64,000 bases of DNA from Squalus acanthias (lineage: Eukaryota). Location: positions 78,928,001-78,992,000 of the forward strand of contig CM059432.1 in the NCBI GenBank assembly GCA_030390025.1, given 5' to 3'. Of the stretch, positions 1-11,331 are shown one piece after another (the first letter of the stretch is position 1; each line of letters starts with the position of its first letter). Under the pieces are notes generated by a model. The model saw only the letters and a program-made list of their open reading frames with translations, had not been told where the DNA came from and made no database searches. The position numbers and the translations under genes are program-made.

Positions 1-115
1 ATGTGGTTATACAAATGAGGTATTCTTGAGCAGTTGGACTCTGTTCAACTGAAGTGGAGTTTTGAATCAATTGCCAGTATAATCTCCGGAGCCATGTCCA
101 AATTATTTCGAACCA

Positions 116-745
116 GGGGGCGATTTTAATCCTACCCACCCGGCAGGAACCAGGCAGATGGGCAGTTAAAATGCTCCACACTACTTACCTGTTGGAAAGC
201 CGCTTGATCACGCTGACCATGATTTTACTCAGCCTTCTGGACAGGTAGTTAAGCCGCCCACCCAAAATCGGCATGGTCCTTATCTTGATTCTTTTTTCCC
301 CCCTTATCCTGCCCTTCTGGGAACATTCTAATATGTAGATTAGAGTCCAATGACATAATCTGGCCCTGACTATGATTTTAACTCAGGTCTGAGCAGGGAA
401 GTCACCATGGCCTTCCCTCCAGGCTGGAATGAGTCGAGACCTGATGAGAAGATGAAGAGGTCTAAACAGGTAGGCTTTTTACTTTCCTTTGTGGTGCCAG
501 AAGGAGCAGGAGTGTTCCTCCAGGCCCCACAAGAAAAGTCACAGCCTCTTCTGCCTTTCCTACCGCGAAACCCTCCTGGATCCCCCTTCCCCACACCTAA
601 TTTCTGGAGGCCAGACCGGCGGAATGTTAATGAGGCCCGGGAGTTAAAATACCCCGGGCCTGTTTTCTGCTGCAATCGATGAATTTCTAACTCACCCCAC
701 CGCCCACCCACTCAAAACCCGCCTGGAGTTAAAATTGGGGCTTAG
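116..745. mobile_element. Degenerate non-autonomous DNA transposon (Harbinger-type MITE-like)
   Basis: GC-rich island bounded by weak inverted ends (GGGGCGATTTTAA near 117; TTAAAATTGGGGC near 729-741) with repeated (G)TTAAAAT motifs; no clear target site duplication (TSD). Confidence 0.35.
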
Positions 746-914
746 TTATTTATTCTGCTTACTTTCTGTTGCCATGTAACTTGTTCTACTTCACTATACA
801 ATTTTAGCTGTGCCCTGGAATTTCTATTACCAAATTTTGCTTTTTCGCTTAATCTTCCCAAGCCCACAAAACTCATAACTTTCATTACTGTAGACCCAGT
901 TGACCACCATTGTA

Positions 915-1597
915 GAATTTTTTTTTTAATTCATTCACATGATGTGGGCGTCGCTGGCAAGGCCAGCATTTATTGCCCATCCCTAATTGCCCTTGAGAAG
1001 GTGGTGGTGAGCTGCCTTCTTGAACCGCTGCAGTCCGTGTGGTGAAGGTACTCCCACAGTGCTGTTAGGGAGGGAGTTCCAGGATTTTGACCCAGCGACG
1101 ATGAAGGAATGGTGATATAGTCAGGAGGTGTGTGACTTGGAGGGGAACTTGGAGGTGGTGGAGTTCCCAAGCACTTGCTGCCCTTCTAGGTGGTAGAGGT
1201 TACGGGTTTGGGAGGTGCTGTCGAAGAAGCCTTGGTGAGATGCTGCAGTGCATCCTGTAGATGGTACACACTGCAGCCATGGTACGCCAGTGGTGGAGGG
1301 AGTGAATGTTTAAGGTGGTGGATGGGGTGCCAATCAAGCGGGCTGCTTTGTCCTGCATGGTGTCGAGCTTCTTGAGTCTTGTTGGAGCGGTACTCATCCA
1401 GGCAAGTGGAGAGTATTCCATCACACTCCTGATGTGTACCTTGTAGATGGTGGAAAGGCTTTGGGGAGTCAGAAGGAGGTGAGACACTCGCCACAGAATA
1501 CTCAGCCTCTGACCTGCTCTTGTATGGCTGGTCCAGTTAAGTTTCTGGTCAATGGTGACCCCCAGGATGTTGATGTTGGGGAATTTGGCGATGGTAG
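915..1597 (-). mobile_element. CR1-clade (Zenon-like) LINE, 3' fragment
   Basis: Minus-strand ORF ...VMEYSPLAWMSTAPTRLKKLDTMQDKAARLIG... (RT C-terminus); 3' tail ...GCCAGCGACGCCCACATC...TGAATGAATT-A(n) shared with copies at 20403 and 58810-60943. Confidence 0.85.
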
Positions 1598-1867
1598 TTT
1601 GGTTGAATTAAAGCATAAATTGTCATCTTAGCAGTATACTGATTATTATATAGTTCTGCTCACAGTTTAACCTTTAAATTGATGGCCATAGCACTTGCTG
1701 CAGTAACTTGGAGAGGCTCTTTTCATGCAGCAATAAAAAAGTTATCAGTACTGTGGCAGATGTTACTGAACTAGAAATTTCTCTGTACATAGTTTTTTGG
1801 GTAGGGGTTGAAGAGAAATTTGGTAACGGTAGCTGAATGTCATTATTTCTGTCCCTTTGAAAAGTTT

Positions 1868-2052
1868 GAGGGTGATCTTGACTTTGTGCAATAGTGTAAA
1901 ACGGGTAGAGCAAATCAGCAGCCCATTTTACATCTCTTCCGATATTTATTTCCATTGACTTCAATGGAAAAAGAAATTGAGTGAGATGTAAAACGGGCTG
2001 CCGATTCGCTATCACCTATTTTACACTATCGCACAAGGTCGAAATCACTCCC
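1868..2052. mobile_element. Fold-back (fully palindromic) MITE
   Basis: Arms are reverse complements over ~90 bp (GAGGGTGATCTTGACTTTGTGCAATAGTGTAAAA / TTTTACACTATCGCACAAGGTCGAAATCACTCCC), centred on CCATTGACTTCAATGG at ~1952-1967. Confidence 0.8.
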
Positions 2053-2984
2053 AGTGTGTCTTAAAGGGTATGCAGTGAGTTAGAATACTGCACTTTCATC
2101 TCTGGAACATGGTAATAAATGTATTTCAAACAGATTAGACAAAAATAACATCTCTCTGATGTCTGTTGGGCCCCTAAGTCAGGGATGTCCGACCTGTTGG
2201 AGCCGGTACCAAATACTCGTGTCAAAACCAGTGAATGAGCTTTATGATTACGCAGAAGAGCAAGCCCCATTACACCAAAATGTGGAATGACACACACACA
2301 GAAATCAAGAAACAAAAATCCACATCCCCAACACTGAAAAGCACGGGCCCTATACCACAGAAATTCCAAACCCACAAACACAAAATAATTGAAGTCAACC
2401 CCCTTCCCACTGTCCTCACCCCCATCCTTCTGTGCCGCCACCACCATCCTTCCACCTCCTTCTTCTGCCTCAAAGTTTAAAAACTGGAATGATTCAAAGA
2501 TTTACATTTCCAGACAGGAAGACTAATTGGTCTAAATCAAGGACCAACCTTTTTTTGACCTCCAGGCTCAGGAAATTTAAAGGGCTGTGGCTGAGCTGTT
2601 CATCCAGCCTGAACTTTTTCTCATATTAAACACAAAAAGCCAATTTCAAATACAGTTAGTTGCAGCTTCCAATGAAACCGACCATAGTTGAAACCAGCTG
2701 TGTGTATAAGAAGTGTGGGCTAGATGAAAGGTGCTCACTGGCTGGATCTGGCCCACGAGCTGCCTGTTGGACACTGCCACACTGTGAATTTCATCTAATT
2801 GAATCTCAACCCAATTGAAAATGAACAGGAGTCTGCAGTACAGAATAGGCCCTGATGTTTGTCAATAGGCTCAAAACTGAAATAATAACAAACTAGGTTC
2901 TTTAATTTGCCTCTGAGACAAATGTTGCCATTATTACAGCACAAATATTTGTTAAAACATTCCTTCATATGTGACTTCTTCCAG

Positions 2985-3147
2985 GTGGTGGCAGCATGCG
3001 ATTACCATCCCCATTGGTCAGATGAGCTGGTACTTTGCCAAGGTGATGTTATCCAAGTGCTGTACAAAGATGATGAGGTGTGGTGGTTTGGCCGCTTGCA
3101 GAATGGGCAACAGGGATACTTCCCATCCACCTATGTCAGTAAACACA
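2985..3147 (+). CDS. vxn: vexin SH3-domain exon (internal; phase 0 start, phase 1 end)
   Basis: Acceptor cttcttccag|GTG and donor CACA|gtaagt; 163 nt encoding VVAACDYHPHWSDELVLCQGDVIQVLYKDDEVWWFGRLQNGQQGYFPSTYVSKH, a canonical SH3 (DY..., DEL, WW, GYFP..YV). Assigned to vxn because it is on the same strand upstream of the vxn terminal exon. Confidence 0.8.
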
Positions 3148-3548
3148 GTAAGTGCTGGGATTCAGATCACATTTTCCCAAATGTGAGCCAAACAGCCTAT
3201 GAAATGAGGAAGTCTTCAGATCCATTATATGTCATAGTTTATCATGTCAACCTTTGAGTGTCAAAAACATCATTCTTCTTTAAGGGAGTGTTTGCTAAAT
3301 CTAATTCTGTTTTGTCAGCAAATATATGACTTGATAACATGAGTCGTTTTGTTGTAAGCTGCACCATTCACTAGAACCTACACTCACAAACTGTCTCTTT
3401 CTGGGAACAGTTGGGCATTTGTTAGTGGACTAAGCAAGAGGCCTCTGCTATTGTGCCACATTGGGCACAGATGGGTATTGAAATACCTGTGGCTGTGAAT
3501 GATAATCTGATTGACTAGAGAAGAGATAATTTTCTTCCATGAAGCCAG

Positions 3549-3830
3549 CTCTCCCAATGGCTCAGTTGGTAAAGTTAGGTCAGAATGTCCCTGAACTAAA
3601 AACAGAAAATGCTGGAAATACTCAGCAGGTCAGGCAGTATCTGTGGAGAGAGAAACAGAGTTAATGTTTCAGGTCGATGACCTTTCGCCAGAATGTCCCT
3701 TGTTTGATTCTCAACCTGTGCTGAGTTAGTTGATCTCAGCCAGGATGGCAGTAAGGTATTAGATCTGGCTTCAGCATTCCTGGGCTAAGGAGGATGAAAA
3801 GTAATCAGCCAGGGTTCCTGGGCGATGAAT
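3549..3830 (+). mobile_element. LF-SINE-like tRNA-derived SINE, interrupted by a Penelope-like fragment
   Basis: A-box TGGCTCAGTTGG; body CTGTGCTGAGTTAGTTGATCTCAGCCAGG...CCTGGGCTAAGGAGG...AATCAGCCAGGGTTCCT resembles the LF-SINE core as recalled. Confidence 0.6.
3593..3692 (-). mobile_element. Penelope-like element terminal fragment with a degenerate hammerhead core
   Basis: Flanked by the 12-bp direct repeat CAGAATGTCCCT (3581-3592, 3689-3700); minus strand reads CTGGCGA-AGGTC-ATC-GACCT-GAAAC. Confidence 0.65.
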
Positions 3831-4453
3831 TACCCTTGGCAAAGCAGGAAATTGTAAACCTGGCCGGTTTAAATTAAAAAAAAATCTTTAACCAACACAG
3901 CTGGCTCACTGATCCTGTGATAAAATGCTGCAGTAAAATCCCACTCACCCACCCCGATTAAAGTGGGCATTCCAGTTACACCAAAAATGGCACAGTGCCT
4001 GCCTGCAATAAGCTAATGTTCTGACCCTGGGATTTAGGATAGGGTTGGGGCACATCCATGTAGTGGCTGGAAGTTCTGTCCTACCCTAGATCTATCCCAA
4101 AAAGCCTCCTCAGGAATTTGTTGGCTAATCTCTTCCCTCTCCTCCCCATCCCTCCCTCAGATAGTTTCTCCTCCTCCGATGATCCAGGCAAGAATACCAA
4201 AACACATCCCTCAGGGTGAAGCCTAGGTGCATTCGGACCGTTATCTAATTTACTATTTTTGCTTAAGTCCAGTATTTTACATTGCAACTTTTACAAACGC
4301 TCCCAACAATTACAATTTTGAAGAACCCTCGTCCCATGCACTTCTTTATTCTGAAATTCTGGAAAGAATTGAATGAACAAATTGAGGATTCTGAACTATA
4401 ACCATATAATTCTCTTAAATATGGGAACAAATTTTCCTTTGTTTTGTTCATAG

Positions 4454-4590
4454 GGGAAACTAATGAGAAAATTAAATATGTGAACGATGGAAAAAGCGCT
4501 GCCAAGGTAACAGACAACAATCAACCCATGGGGTTACCCTTATTTGAGCCAGGCAGATATAACAAAGTAAAGAGATCATCAATGTTTGAG
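4454..4590 (+). CDS. vxn: Probable vexin internal exon (alternative donor possible at 4506)
   Basis: Pyrimidine tract ttttcctttgttttgttcatag|; phase-1 start joins the SH3 exon in frame (RETNEKIKYVNDGKSAAK|VTDNNQPMGLPLFEPGRYNKVKRSSMFE); donors AAG|gtaaca (4506) and GAG|gtatgt (4590), both phase 0. Confidence 0.5.
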
Positions 4591-5226
4591 GTATGTCACA
4601 TGTTCTGAATCCTACTGGATAAGCAAGGTGTGTAAATGTTTACTGCTAGCTATCATAGTATCAAAAAAGATAATAAGACCAAAAATGAAATGGAAAACCA
4701 GTGCAAAACTGAGCAAATTTGTAATGGGCTCCTCAGCTTCATTTGAAAGTATTTAAATATCAATGGTTTACACACACACAATTCTTTGCCATTGTTCCTG
4801 ACCCAGGTCCTGCTATGCGCTGCTAAAATGGAGTGAAACCAAGTTTGTAACATTATATGGAGGAAGGAAGGAGAGGTGACACTGATGTCTCTTTGATCCT
4901 GTGCGTTCTGGTTATAGTCACTTAACAATTCCATGCAGTCAGTGGAACACACACTTAAGGAAAAAAATGTATGGACTCGATTTTATCCAAATTACAAATG
5001 CATCCAGAATTTTTCACATCAGACATTAAGCTGCTTTTTTGTTAGATGTTTCTAGCAAAGGATTATTTTCTAGACATTTACATGTAAACTTTGGGACTGG
5101 GCAAATGGAAAACAATGTGTTTTTTCCAATCCTGTACATTCCTATTTACTTTCCAGTGCAAAATGTACACTGGACAAACATTTACAATTTTTTCCCACTT
5201 TTTCTTTTTTTCTGCCCATTTTCCTT

Positions 5227-6668
5227 GGAGTGCCTGAGAGAGGTTGCAGAGCAGATTTACTAGAATGGCACCAGGGATGAGGGACTTCAGTTATGTGGCA
5301 AGTCTAGAGAAACTGGAATTGTTCTCCTTAGAGCAGAGAAGATTATGGGGAGATTTAATAGAGATGTTCAAAATTATGAGGAGTTTTAATAGAGTAAATA
5401 AGGAGAAATTGTTTCCATGGGTGGGTCGGTAACCAGGGACACAGATTTAAGATAATTAGCAAAAGAACCAAAGGAAAGATGAGATTTTATTTTTACGCAG
5501 CGAGTTGTTATGATCTCGACCCCTCCACGGTGTCTAAATTGTCAGACTGCTTGTCCGACATACAGTTCTGGATGAGCAAAAATGTTCTCCCATTAAATAT
5601 TGGGAAGACCAAAGCCATTGTTTTCGGTCCCCGCCGCAAACTCCGTTCCCTAGCCACTGACTCCATCCCTCTCCCTAACATCTGTCTGAGGCTGAACCAC
5701 ACTGTTCACAACCTTGGTACCATATTTGACCCTGAAATGAGCTTCCGACCACATATCCGCAGCATAACAAAGACCGCCTACTTCCACCTCCGTAACATCG
5801 CCCGTCTCCACCCTTGCCTCAGCACATCCGCTGCTGAAACACTCATCCATGCCTTTGTTACCTCTAGACTTGACTATTCCAATGCATTCCTGGCTGGCCT
5901 CCCACAATCCACCCTACGCAAACTTGAGGTCATCCAAAACTCAGCTGCCCGTGTCCTAATCCGCACCAGGTCCCGTTTGCCCATCACCCCTGTGCTCGCT
6001 GACCTACATTGGCTCCCGGTTAAGCAGCGCCTCGATTTCAAAATTCTCATCCTTGTTTTCAAATCCCTCCATGGCCTCGCCCCTTCCTATCTCCGTAATT
6101 TCCTTCAGCCCCACAAACCCCCTGAGATATCTGCGCTCCTCTAATTCTGCCCTCTTGAGCATCCCTGATTATAATCGCTCAACCTTTGGAGGTCGTGCCT
6201 TCTGTTGCCTAGGCCCTAAGCTCTGGAATTCCCTGCCTAAACCTTTGCGCCTCTCTACCTCTCTTTCCTCCTTTAAGACGCTCCTTAAAACCTACCTCTT
6301 TGACCAAGCTTTTGGTCACCTGCCCTAATTTATCCTTATGTGGATCGGTGTCAAATTGTTTGTCTTAAAATACTCCTGTGCAGCACCGTGGGACATTTTA
6401 CTATGTTAAAGGTGCTATATAAATACAAGTTGTTGTTGTTGTTGTTGATGATCTGGAATGCACATCCTAAAAAGGATTACTACATTAAAGGCGCTATATA
6501 AATGTAAGTTGTTGTTGTTGGAAGCAAACTTTCAAAAGGGAATTGGATATATACTTGAAAAGGAAAAATTTACAGGGGAGTTGGACTAATTGGTTAGTTC
6601 ATTCAAAGAGCCAGCACAGGCACAATGGGCCAAATGGCCTCCTTCTGTGCTGTAAGATTCTATGATTT
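5227..6668 (+). mobile_element. CR1 (HER1-like) LINE 3' end, split by L2 insertions
   Basis: ORF ...LEKLELFSLEQRRLWGDLIEMFKIM...; tail GGCCTCCTTCTGTGCTGTAAGATTCTATGATT; interrupted at 5517-6447 and again by a tiny L2 tail at ~6477-6519. Confidence 0.85.
5517..6447 (+). mobile_element. L2 LINE, 5'-truncated
   Basis: RT C-terminal ORF (...HAFVTSRLDYSN...HWLPVKQR...), tail GGTGCTATATAAATACAA(GTT)n, 7-bp TSD ATGATCT (5510-5516, 6448-6454). Confidence 0.9.
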
Positions 6669-6689
6669 TTCTGAAGGCGATGGCTCATA

Positions 6690-6875
6690 CTGCAGTATGA
6701 TTCTATGGGCACAGACAGCCTTTCGGTGCCTCACTGAAATCCCCATTCTTCATGTGAGATCCATGTCAGTGTGAGTGAACAGACTATTCTACCAGTAGTC
6801 ACTGGCATCTACACATGCACACTTTCTAGTACTAGACAGAATACAGGTTGGCAATCTGGTGCAGGAATCCTCTTA
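6690..6875 (-). mobile_element. LF-SINE-like fragment
   Basis: CCATTCTTCATGTGAG...CAGTGTGAGTG...CTATT...ACACATGCACACTTTC...GCAGGAATCC aligns by eye with the copies at 13150 and 52290. Confidence 0.45.
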
Positions 6876-7427
6876 TCTTTGATGGCTCCACACTTAGTCC
6901 TTCTTCATATATCTACATTCTTGGGCTCACTAGCTTGTATATTCCAATGTGTTCCACTCAATTTTGGGGCAGCAATCAGGCACAAGAAGCGACAATTAGG
7001 AAGGGGATCCATTATACCAGATCCCCACTCACTTTAGTGCTGCCTGAATTTCCATCATTTCCAGCGGATGACAGAAGCCCCACCCACTTTTGGGTAAATG
7101 AAGCAGTAAGGATGTGGGGACATTATAAGCCCTTTTCCACTCATTTCCACCTAATTTCTGCTTTATCTTAATCATGCCACTATAAAATTGGCATCTAGAG
7201 TTGCTAGATGCTACCTTGATGGGTTTAAAGGACAAGCCTATTCAGTTACTGATGTTAAAAACTTACTATTGCATTATTTTTGTTAGGATATTTTGGTTAT
7301 TTTGCTGTTGCGCCTACTTTGCCAGCTTCTTTTCTGCTATTTGATGAGGTGTGGCTATTTGCCCCCATTTCAGATAGAACCTAATGGTTCCCCTTTGGGA
7401 ATGTCTCTCTACTTTGCTTCTTGAAAG

Positions 7428-7542
7428 AAGAGGAGGAGCAACAGAGGCTGCCCACCGATACGTCACACCAGAGTATCCGGGCTTCATTTGACGAGGGGCC
7501 GTGTCTACGGAGGCTTTGCTTTATGGAGTCACGCCACATGCT
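7428..7542 (+). CDS. vxn: Candidate vexin internal exon (reading frame unresolved)
   Basis: Pyrimidine tract tctctctactttgcttcttgaaag| and donor CT|gtaagc; two frames are open (KRRSNRGCPP...RVYGGFALWSHATC or EEEQQRLPTD...RRLCFMESRHM); CpG-rich unique sequence. Confidence 0.4.
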
Positions 7543-7759
7543 GTAAGCGCCCCTGCAGCTCACCTTCCACTGTATGCACTACTCTGCAGTGGTTTGTAAA
7601 GGTCACCATGGGCATTTCTAAAGGGGTCCAGCACATGTTCCCCCAGAAAATGTTGAATATATTGACATTAAAAATTGTGTATTCTGGTTCGTTTTAGAAC
7701 ACTTTTCGCTTCACATTTGATAGCCTTTTAATTTAAAAAGTTAAAAGAAAAAATAAATG

Positions 7760-7942
7760 GGATAAATTTTCCAGTTGCATGCTCCCAACCCGGAGTCTTG
7801 TCTGCCGAGACAGAATAGAGGGAAATCACATGAGCAGCCTAAGCTTTTCCGTCCATTAATTTTACTGAAGATAAATCGTGGGCTTTGTGTGAGCGATTTC
7901 CCAACATGAGGTCCCAGGAGCGCATAATGGGAAAATTTATCC
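7760..7942. mobile_element. Fold-back MITE
   Basis: Perfect 13-bp terminal inverted repeat (TIR) GGATAAATTTTCC (7760-7772) / GGAAAATTTATCC (7930-7942) with degenerate internal symmetry. Confidence 0.7.
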
Positions 7943-8289
7943 TGTTAAATTTATCCATATTTAACAGATCGACCATCTAATCTCTTCTGTAAATTTGCCT
8001 GAACAGTCACTCTCCGCTCCCCCACCCCTTTCACAGGAGCACTCTCCTTCCCTCACTCAGTGCTGGCCCCAGCACCAGCTTTTACCTGACTGTCGTTTCA
8101 CCTCAAGAGTGACTGTGTGCCCCGCAGTGTGAGTAGAAATTCAATACGTTTGTTTACAACTCCTTTTGCTTGCTTCCAGCTGCTACTTCACTTGCAGCAA
8201 AGAAAGTGGTCAGGATGGAAATTCCTAGATTTGGAGGAGGAAGAATAGTTCTTGAGGAGACAAAAAAGGGTAGATGTAAAGGTACACAT

Positions 8290-8710
8290 CAGGCATCATA
8301 TATGTGCCCATCTTTACCTCGGAGGGGCTTGCATTTACCAATCTAAACAGTCCTTTCTAAGCAAGTCAAAGGAGATTTCACAAGGGAGATGTCACAGAGC
8401 TATCCCATCTCCTACAGCCTAACCTGCAGACAATTTCTAACACATGGATAGCTCTTTTCAAGGGTGTGAAGGTGACCACTGCATTATACTTCATCCTTCC
8501 AAGCCACAATCAGTGACATTTGTCCAAATCAGTTATCCTGCTGTCTACAGACCCATCAAGCCAGTGACTGAGGTCTTATTTGCAAAGGGTAACATATTCA
8601 TCACTCTGCCCATGAAACGGAGGCATCAGCTCAACAGGTCACAGAACTTTTCCTGAATGGCAGGCTTTCCAAGAGTGCAGAGCATCAGAGATGGACCCAT
8701 GTGACCATCT
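8290..8710 (+). pseudogene. Highly degraded PIF/Harbinger transposase fragment
   Basis: Frameshifted pieces DVTELSHLLQPNLQ, VKVTTAL, SFQATISDIC, ISYPAVYRPIKPVTEVLFAKGNIFITLPM and MAGFPRVQSIRDG match, in order, the transposase at 40534-41706 (VTELCHLLQPELQ, VKVTVAL, SFKASTGNIA, ISQFAVHCCIREVTYALY...YISFPM, IAGFPMVQGAIDC). Confidence 0.75.
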
Positions 8711-9315
8711 GGCCACCAAGTTCCTGTTCCTCCTCTGTACGGCCACTTGTTCCTCCTTACCTGTGCATTCTGCCTCAACTGGTGCTACCTCCTCAAGCTC
8801 ACTGTGTTGCTGCTTACAAACTTCAGTTAGAGGAATGCAGTGTGCAGCCTTGCTGTGCCACTGGTTGGTCTGACAGGCTGCTCTCGAGGACTACAATAAC
8901 AGATAGGGAACAAATATTAGAAGGCTGACTCCCCAGTGTACCTTCAAGTAGAGCTTGCATTGAAAATAATGTGAGTGAAAAGGGGCACAAGACATAAGAA
9001 CAGGATGGTAATAGGCATGAGCTTGAGGGAGGCCTGCTGTATTAACTTTTCTTAGTCCCTCCATGCTCTAATTTGCCAGGATAAGCAAGGTGGTCTCCTT
9101 CAAGGGATTCAAGACCCTGTAATCTGTCAGCCTTCCTTCAGTTGATACCTGTTCCCTTGAATTTTATGTCATCTTGTTGTACAAGCAGAGAAGTAACTTT
9201 GAGATATAAGCTAAAGGAACACATGCACAGTGACTGAAATGTGCCCAACCTGCAGGCTAACCTGTGTGTCAGTAGGTGATCATGCATCGTTCAGCTAGGT
9301 TGTGTCACAAGGCAG

Positions 9316-9948
9316 AAGGTTTTAACTTTCGGGCGGCTGACCAATGGAGTGCACCAACCGCTCGCTCATTCCTGCCAGTGGGAGGCCCGAGCCATTTGGA
9401 GGGCCAGGTCTCAGCTCCATGCCACTGGAGAGTAGCACACCCTGAACGGACATTCTGCTGCAACTCGCTGGCTCAAGGAACGCAATATTAGGCGGCTCAG
9501 ACACAGAGTCAGCCCACAGAGGTCCTAGGAAGCGAGCCAGAACCAGCAGCAACTTGCAATATTTTTGTCGAGCACTCCTGCTCGACAAAAATATAATTTG
9601 CAAAAAGTTTTGGGGCCGTTTTTGGAGAGGCCAGCAGCGATCATTTAAGGACCATAGGTTAGACCACTTAACGCCAGGTCACAAGGTTGCACCATGCGTG
9701 TCATACACTCCACCCTATTTGTCCCCATAAATTACAATTGGGGTCCTAACTACATTATAGGACCTCAATTTGCATAGCAAAGAGGCCTACCACCTGAAAC
9801 AGGCAGACGCTCTGGCTGCCGAAGAGAAGACCCCTTTGAAAATAGTGGTTGCTGGGGCATCGCCATTAACGGGCCAGGAAGTCGACCGACCCATTTTGTG
9901 GCTGTTACCACCCCGTTAATGCCAAGTTTGGATAGTTAAAATCAGCCC
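9316..9948. mobile_element. Degenerate Harbinger-type terminal segment/MITE
   Basis: GC-rich island ending GTTAAAATCAGCCCC, similar to other Harbinger-like ends in the window; may be the end of the element containing the 8290-8710 relic. Confidence 0.35.
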
Positions 9949-10541
9949 CATGGTGTAAGGATGTAATTGTGTATTAAATCTTGAATGTGTACCCTGCTGA
10001 GGTATTGGTTTGCATGAGATACAATAAAAGAACAGTAAGGTTGAGTGAGGGCTTGCCGTGGTGAGCAGTAAATGTGGAACAAGTTTACAGGTAACATTCT
10101 GTTGCACATTCTTATGCCTTTGAGCTGGTAAATGGCACCATTCAGCGGTCTTACCTTGTCACATTTCTTGAGGTGCACTGTCTTCTAATGCCTCTAATGT
10201 ATGAAATCCCTCTTTTGCTTTTGAAGTAGCTAATATGTTTGAAAGAAGATAATTATGATTAGTCATTTTTAGCTCTTTATGAGTTGGTGTCCCATATTTG
10301 TTAATGGCAATTCATTCACATCTGTTTTGCTCCAAGAAGTATTTGAATATATAACTTTGTTACAAATGGATGCTTTATCAAAGCAATATCCAACAAAAAT
10401 AAAACCCAGAAGAGTTAGCAGGATAGGTGTCAAATTACAATCTTTGGAGGGGATTCTTGTTGGGAAAATCTAATCCAAAAATTGAAAACATCCCCCATTA
10501 ACAGAATTAACGATTTGTGTTTCACTCCTAAAAACCCGAGA

Positions 10542-10764
10542 AGGGTAGAATTATGCAAATCCTGCTCCCAACACAAGCTTCTTTCAAAGGGAACGTGGAT
10601 GGGTGAATCAAGCACGGAGTTCAGCTCACTCCTGACACTCCTGAACTTCCGATGATCAAGTTTAAACAGCAGATTGGGCGCCCTGACTCCTCATGCAATT
10701 CTCCGATCCACGTTCCTGTCCAGCGACGTTTTGACTCAGGAATAGGACTTGCAACATTTAACCT
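10542..10764. mobile_element. Fold-back MITE
   Basis: Inverted ends AGGGTAGAATTATGCAAATCCTGCTCC / GGAATAGGACTTGCAACATTTAACCT, plus the inner inverted pair GGAACGTGGAT (10590-10600) / ATCCACGTTCC (10706-10716), both centred on 10653. Confidence 0.7.
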
Positions 10765-11331
10765 CATAATTTGTTAGAACTATTTTAAAAGAAAATCCCA
10801 GAAACCAAATCTAAATCTATTTTAAATCAGCGAAAGGCACTTCCGAAACAAAAAGATTGTCAGTAAATGCAGTATTGGCACTTGGCAACAGAGGTCACTA
10901 TGTGTTCTATTTATTATTGCTGGCTATTCCAACCACTAGGAGCTCAGTACAGACTGGATTAGAAGTCATACCATGTAATGGAAATAAAAACCGAAATGAA
11001 AAATATGCTGAATGCTGCAGTCAAAGGAAACCCTTAAAGTACTTGAAACATCAAATGAATTATTTTCGAAGTGTGACTTCCAAAGTAAAATATTTCCTGT
11101 ACATTTTTGTTCCTTTGAAGATGCATTTACAAAGCAGGTGTATCCTGTAACTGAGACAGTAAAGCATTGCCAATGTAAGCTTGCAATCAGATAAGATACA
11201 ATTTATGGGTACAAAAGAAGTATTTAAAAAGGAAGAGTATCTTATGAAAACCTTAGCTTTCATAGAAATTGGAGAATGAAATGCACCAGAAATGTTCTTT
11301 TAAGATTTCTGACACAGCTTGTTTTTCTAAG

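Noticed and set aside
1..19. Possible end of an upstream vxn exon (CGYTNE|gtattc, phase 0)
   Set aside because: Weak donor, truncated by the window edge, no recognisable homology.
2907..3257. Calling the SH3 ORF a single-exon gene or the true ahi1 orthologue
   Set aside because: Splice sites bound the SH3 exactly; the downstream terminal exon is VXN-like and the neighbour is mybl1, not myb.
7374..7542. Longer exon from the upstream cag acceptor with an in-frame TGA (readthrough or selenocysteine)
   Set aside because: A better pyrimidine tract precedes 7428; no SECIS evidence and no homology in that frame.
10940..11084. Extra vxn exon (SSVQTGLEVIPCNG...)
   Set aside because: The start phase fits one reading of the 7428 exon, but the donors are weak and the peptide is not recognisable; left as a candidate only.
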